Both the position numbers and the translations under genes were made by a program. From the NCBI GenBank assembly GCA_040756495.1, contig JBFLYY010000097.1:1-32545 (forward strand): a DNA stretch of 32,545 bases, read 5' to 3'. This stretch comes from Thermodesulfobacteriota bacterium. GTDB taxonomy: Bacteria > Desulfobacterota > Desulfobulbia > Desulfobulbales > Desulfurivibrionaceae. The notes under the pieces were generated by a model. It made no database searches, was not told where the DNA came from, and saw nothing but the letters and a program-made list of their open reading frames with translations. Below, one piece after another: positions 30,327-32,545 of the stretch; position 1 is the stretch's first letter, and every line of letters begins with the position of its first letter.

Positions 30327-32545
30327 TTATCCCTGCAGCAGCGACAACACGGTCTGGCCGCTGGCATTGGCCTGGGCCATGGCGAAGGAGCTGGCCTGGG
30401 TCAGGATCTGCATCTTGGAGAAGGTGGCTGCCTCCTCGGCGAAGTCAACGTCGCGGATCGAGGATTCCGCAGACGCGATGTTGACCTTGGTGGCCGAGAG
30501 GTTGGCGATGGTGGAGGTCAGCTGGTTCTGGACGGAACCGAGGTCGGACCGCACCTTGTCCAACGTCTTCAGGGCCGAGTCGGCAACCGCGATGGCCACC
30601 TGGGCGCCTTCCTGGCTGGTGACGTCCACGTCGGAGAGCTTGGACTTCACCACGTCGGAAAGGGTGGTGGTCGCGGTGGCGCCGGTGCTCGAAGTCGCCG
30701 TTGCGGCCAGAACACTCGCGCTGCCAATTACCGAATTGGCCTTCAAGGTCATGGCCACGTTCAGGTAATTGGTGCCCGAGGTGATGGCATCGCCCTGGAG
30801 GGTGGTGCCGGCCTTGAGCAATGCCCCACCAGTAACCCAGATGTCGTCGGTGAGCACGGTGCCCGCCTTCAGCAAGGTGCTGGTCGCCAAAACGGTACCA
30901 GCCGCCAGGGTCATATCGCCGGCCAGGGTCACCTTGCCGCCCGACAGGGTCACGTTGCCGCCGATGGTGGAACCCTTGGCGAAGGAGGCGCCGTCGCCGT
31001 CGATGACCGAACCGACCGTGATGGTCATGTCGCGGGTCAGGGTCTTGGCCGCACCGGAGAGCGTGAAGTCACCGCCGATAACCGAGCCGGCCAACAGGGT
31101 GCTGCCGCCGGAAAGGATGATGGAGCCAGACTTCAGCGTCATCTGGTTGGTCAGCGTGGTGGCGCCGGAGGTGGTGATGTCGGCGCTGAGGTACGAACCG
31201 GCGGTCACCGAACTGCCAACGGCATCAACCACGGAACCGGACTTCACCAGCATATCCGCGGTCAGGGTGAGGCCGTTGTCGCTCAGGGTCACGTCGCTGG
31301 CCAGTACGGTGCCGGCCGTATAGGTATTCCCCTTGGCCACGAACGTGGTTGTCACTGTCGTGCCTGCGGCCAGAACCGAGTCCGACGCGAGGATGGAACC
31401 GGTCTTCAGCAAGCTGTCCGCATTCACCGTCGCGTTATTGGTCTTCAGTGCCACCGTACCGCCAAGGATGGTGCCCGACTTGATGGTCGCCGTGGAACCC
31501 AGCACGGAACCGGCCAGCAGGGTGCTGTCCAGAGTGGTGGTAATGGCGGCCGAGGTGTTGGTCAGGCTGAAGCCCAGCGAGGTGCCGGCCTTGAAGGCGC
31601 TGCCGGAACCCACGACGGAGCCCTTGGTCAGGGACGACTCGACCGTGGTGGTCACGGAACCATCCACGTTGATCGCTGCCGTGGTTGCCAGAGAAACCAG
31701 ATCCGCGGCGTCACTGAGTTTGATCTCGTTGGCGCCGGTCTGGAAGAGCTTCACCGTACCGAGGGTGGAGAGATTGCTGCCGAGCAGGGTGGTGCCCGTG
31801 TCGCCGGTCACCTGGATGGCGCGGCCGTCGGTGGAGGTCAGCGTCAGGAAGCCGCTCTCGTCCACGCTGGCGAGCACGCCGTGCTGGCTGGTCTTCTGGT
31901 TGATGGCGTTGGCCAGGGAGCCGTCGGCGTCGTTGGCCTGCACGCTCAGGGAACCGATGGTGATGCCGTTGATGGCAAAGTCGCTGCCGGTGGAACCGGA
32001 CGCCACTGCGGCATTGCTGGTCACCTCCACGTTGGCCTGGGCGGAAACGCCGGTGATGTCCGCCACCTTGTTGATGGCGTTGGCCAGAGCGCCCATGCTG
32101 TTTTCCGCCGTGTTGTCGTAGGCCAACTGAACGGATTGCAGCTGCACGTTCTGGTTCAGGAGGTTACTGTAAATGGACAAACGCACCTCGCCGGTACCGG
32201 AGGGGGTCAACTGACCGGTGGTCACGTGACCGACCTTGGTGGACTCGGCAGAGGCGATGGAGATACCTACGGTCTCACCGGTATAGGCGCCCACCTGGAA
32301 CTTCTTGTTGGTGAACTGACCGGAGAGGAGCTTCTGGTTGTTGAACGCCGTGGTGCGGGCAATGATGTCCAACTCCTGCAGAAGCTTATCGACGTCGGCC
32401 TGGATCGCCTTCCGGGACTCGGTGGTCTGACCGTCCTGGGCGGCCTGGATGGCCTTGGTCTTGATGGTGTTGACGATGTTGATCGCCTCGTCCAACGCAC
32501 CGTCCGCGGTCTGCACCATGGAGATACCGTCGTTGGCGTTCCGCA
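30327..32545 (-). CDS. fliC: flagellin, large form (5' end lies beyond the window edge)
   Basis: The reading frame stays open to the window end (..RNANDGISMVQTADGALDE..). The C-terminus ..VRSDLGSVQNQL..IRDVDFAEEAATFSKMQILTQASSFAMAQANASGQTVLSLLQG is the conserved D0/D1. A flagellin IN-type motif is at about 31803..31982 (DFAINGITIG..LANAINQKTSQHGVLASV..LTLTSTDGRAIQVTG). At least 738 aa are visible. Confidence 0.93.
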   Translation of the reverse strand, partial: RNANDGISMVQTADGALDEAINIVNTIKTKAIQAAQDGQTTESRKAIQADVDKLLQELDIIARTTAFNNQKLLSGQFTNKKFQVGAYTGETVGISIASAESTKVGHVTTGQLTPSGTGEVRLSIYSNLLNQNVQLQSVQLAYDNTAENSMGALANAINKVADITGVSAQANVEVTSNAAVASGSTGSDFAINGITIGSLSVQANDADGSLANAINQKTSQHGVLASVDESGFLTLTSTDGRAIQVTGDTGTTLLGSNLSTLGTVKLFQTGANEIKLSDAADLVSLATTAAINVDGSVTTTVESSLTKGSVVGSGSAFKAGTSLGFSLTNTSAAITTTLDSTLLAGSVLGSTATIKSGTILGGTVALKTNNATVNADSLLKTGSILASDSVLAAGTTVTTTFVAKGNTYTAGTVLASDVTLSDNGLTLTADMLVKSGSVVDAVGSSVTAGSYLSADITTSGATTLTNQMTLKSGSIILSGGSTLLAGSVIGGDFTLSGAAKTLTRDMTITVGSVIDGDGASFAKGSTIGGNVTLSGGKVTLAGDMTLAAGTVLATSTLLKAGTVLTDDIWVTGGALLKAGTTLQGDAITSGTNYLNVAMTLKANSVIGSASVLAATATSSTGATATTTLSDVVKSKLSDVDVTSQEGAQVAIAVADSALKTLDKVRSDLGSVQNQLTSTIANLSATKVNIASAESSIRDVDFAEEAATFSKMQILTQASSFAMAQANASGQTVLSLLQG
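30699..31634 (-). repeat. degenerate Gly/Ser/Thr/Ala/Leu-rich repeats (about 38 aa, built of about 19-aa halves) in the flagellin variable domain
   Basis: Consecutive units DMLVKSGSVVDAVGSSVTAGSYLSADITTSGATTLTNQ, MTLKSGSIILSGGSTLLAGSVIGGDFTLSGAAKTLTRD and MTITVGSVIDGDGASFAKGSTIGGNVTLSGGKVTLAGD, then MTLAAGTVLATSTLLKAGTVL... More diverged copies lie upstream (LTKGSVVGSGSAFKAGTSLG, LLAGSVLGSTATIKSGTILGG). Confidence 0.6.

Noticed and set aside
28325-30484. 719-aa plus-strand ORF antisense to fliD; also 10824..12434 (536 aa), 2830..4257 (475 aa), 25333..26634 (433 aa), 12474..13631 (385 aa) and 30769..32121 antisense or off-frame ORFs.
   Set aside because: Each overlaps a gene with strong family signatures on the other strand or frame, and none shows a motif. 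All are rejected as shadow ORFs of GC-rich coding sequence.
1-32545. Mobile genetic elements, prophage genes or known defence-system signatures (integrase, transposase, restriction-modification, Cas, reverse transcriptase, toxin-antitoxin pairs).
   Set aside because: None of the supported CDS shows such motifs. The only candidates for foreign DNA are the fic gene (compositional) and the 242-bp inverted-repeat region. Both are reported as findings rather than called mobile elements.

Overview
GC-rich chromosomal segment with strong GC3 bias. It appears to come from a flagellated, dissimilatory sulfate/sulfur-metabolising Desulfobacterota-type bacterium; the taxon is inferred from gene content only. 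I can support 27 CDS and found no rRNA, tRNA, CRISPR array, transposase or integrase. Core content on the minus strand: dsrA-dsrB-dsrD (dissimilatory sulfite reductase plus DsrD), a CbiA-family amidase that is probably DsrN, monocistronic sat (ATP sulfurylase), aroB, and a late flagellar block (flagellin, partial at the window edge, then fliD-fliS-hypothetical-flaG). Accessory content: a Fic AMPylase with low GC3 next to an AT-rich spacer; a translationally coupled TPR / Zn-ribbon+HEAT-like / TPR operon lying between dsrD and the dsrN candidate; a cluster beside dsrA (DUF134 regulator, NifX-like protein, Acr3-like permease, DUF302, CoA-disulfide-reductase::rhodanese, secreted ComEA-HhH::PLD nuclease); a Cache-like/PAS hybrid histidine kinase; and a protein with about 1.1 kb of acidic tandem repeats fused to an FGE-sulfatase domain. 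Strongest leads: (1) a full-length type IA topoisomerase homologue whose catalytic Tyr position reads Ala and whose TOPRIM acidic residues are altered, apparently co-transcribed with the hybrid kinase; (2) a 14-bp dyad TGAAy-N4-ATTCA found just downstream of consensus sigma70-like promoters of both dsrABD and sat and nowhere else in the intergenic DNA I scanned; (3) the opposite-strand operon splitting the dsr locus; (4) the dsrA-adjacent cluster with an Acr3-like carrier lacking the arsenite-binding Cys; (5) an oversized flagellin with about 38-aa beta-helix-like repeats. All homology calls are motif recognition by eye. No searches or computations were run.
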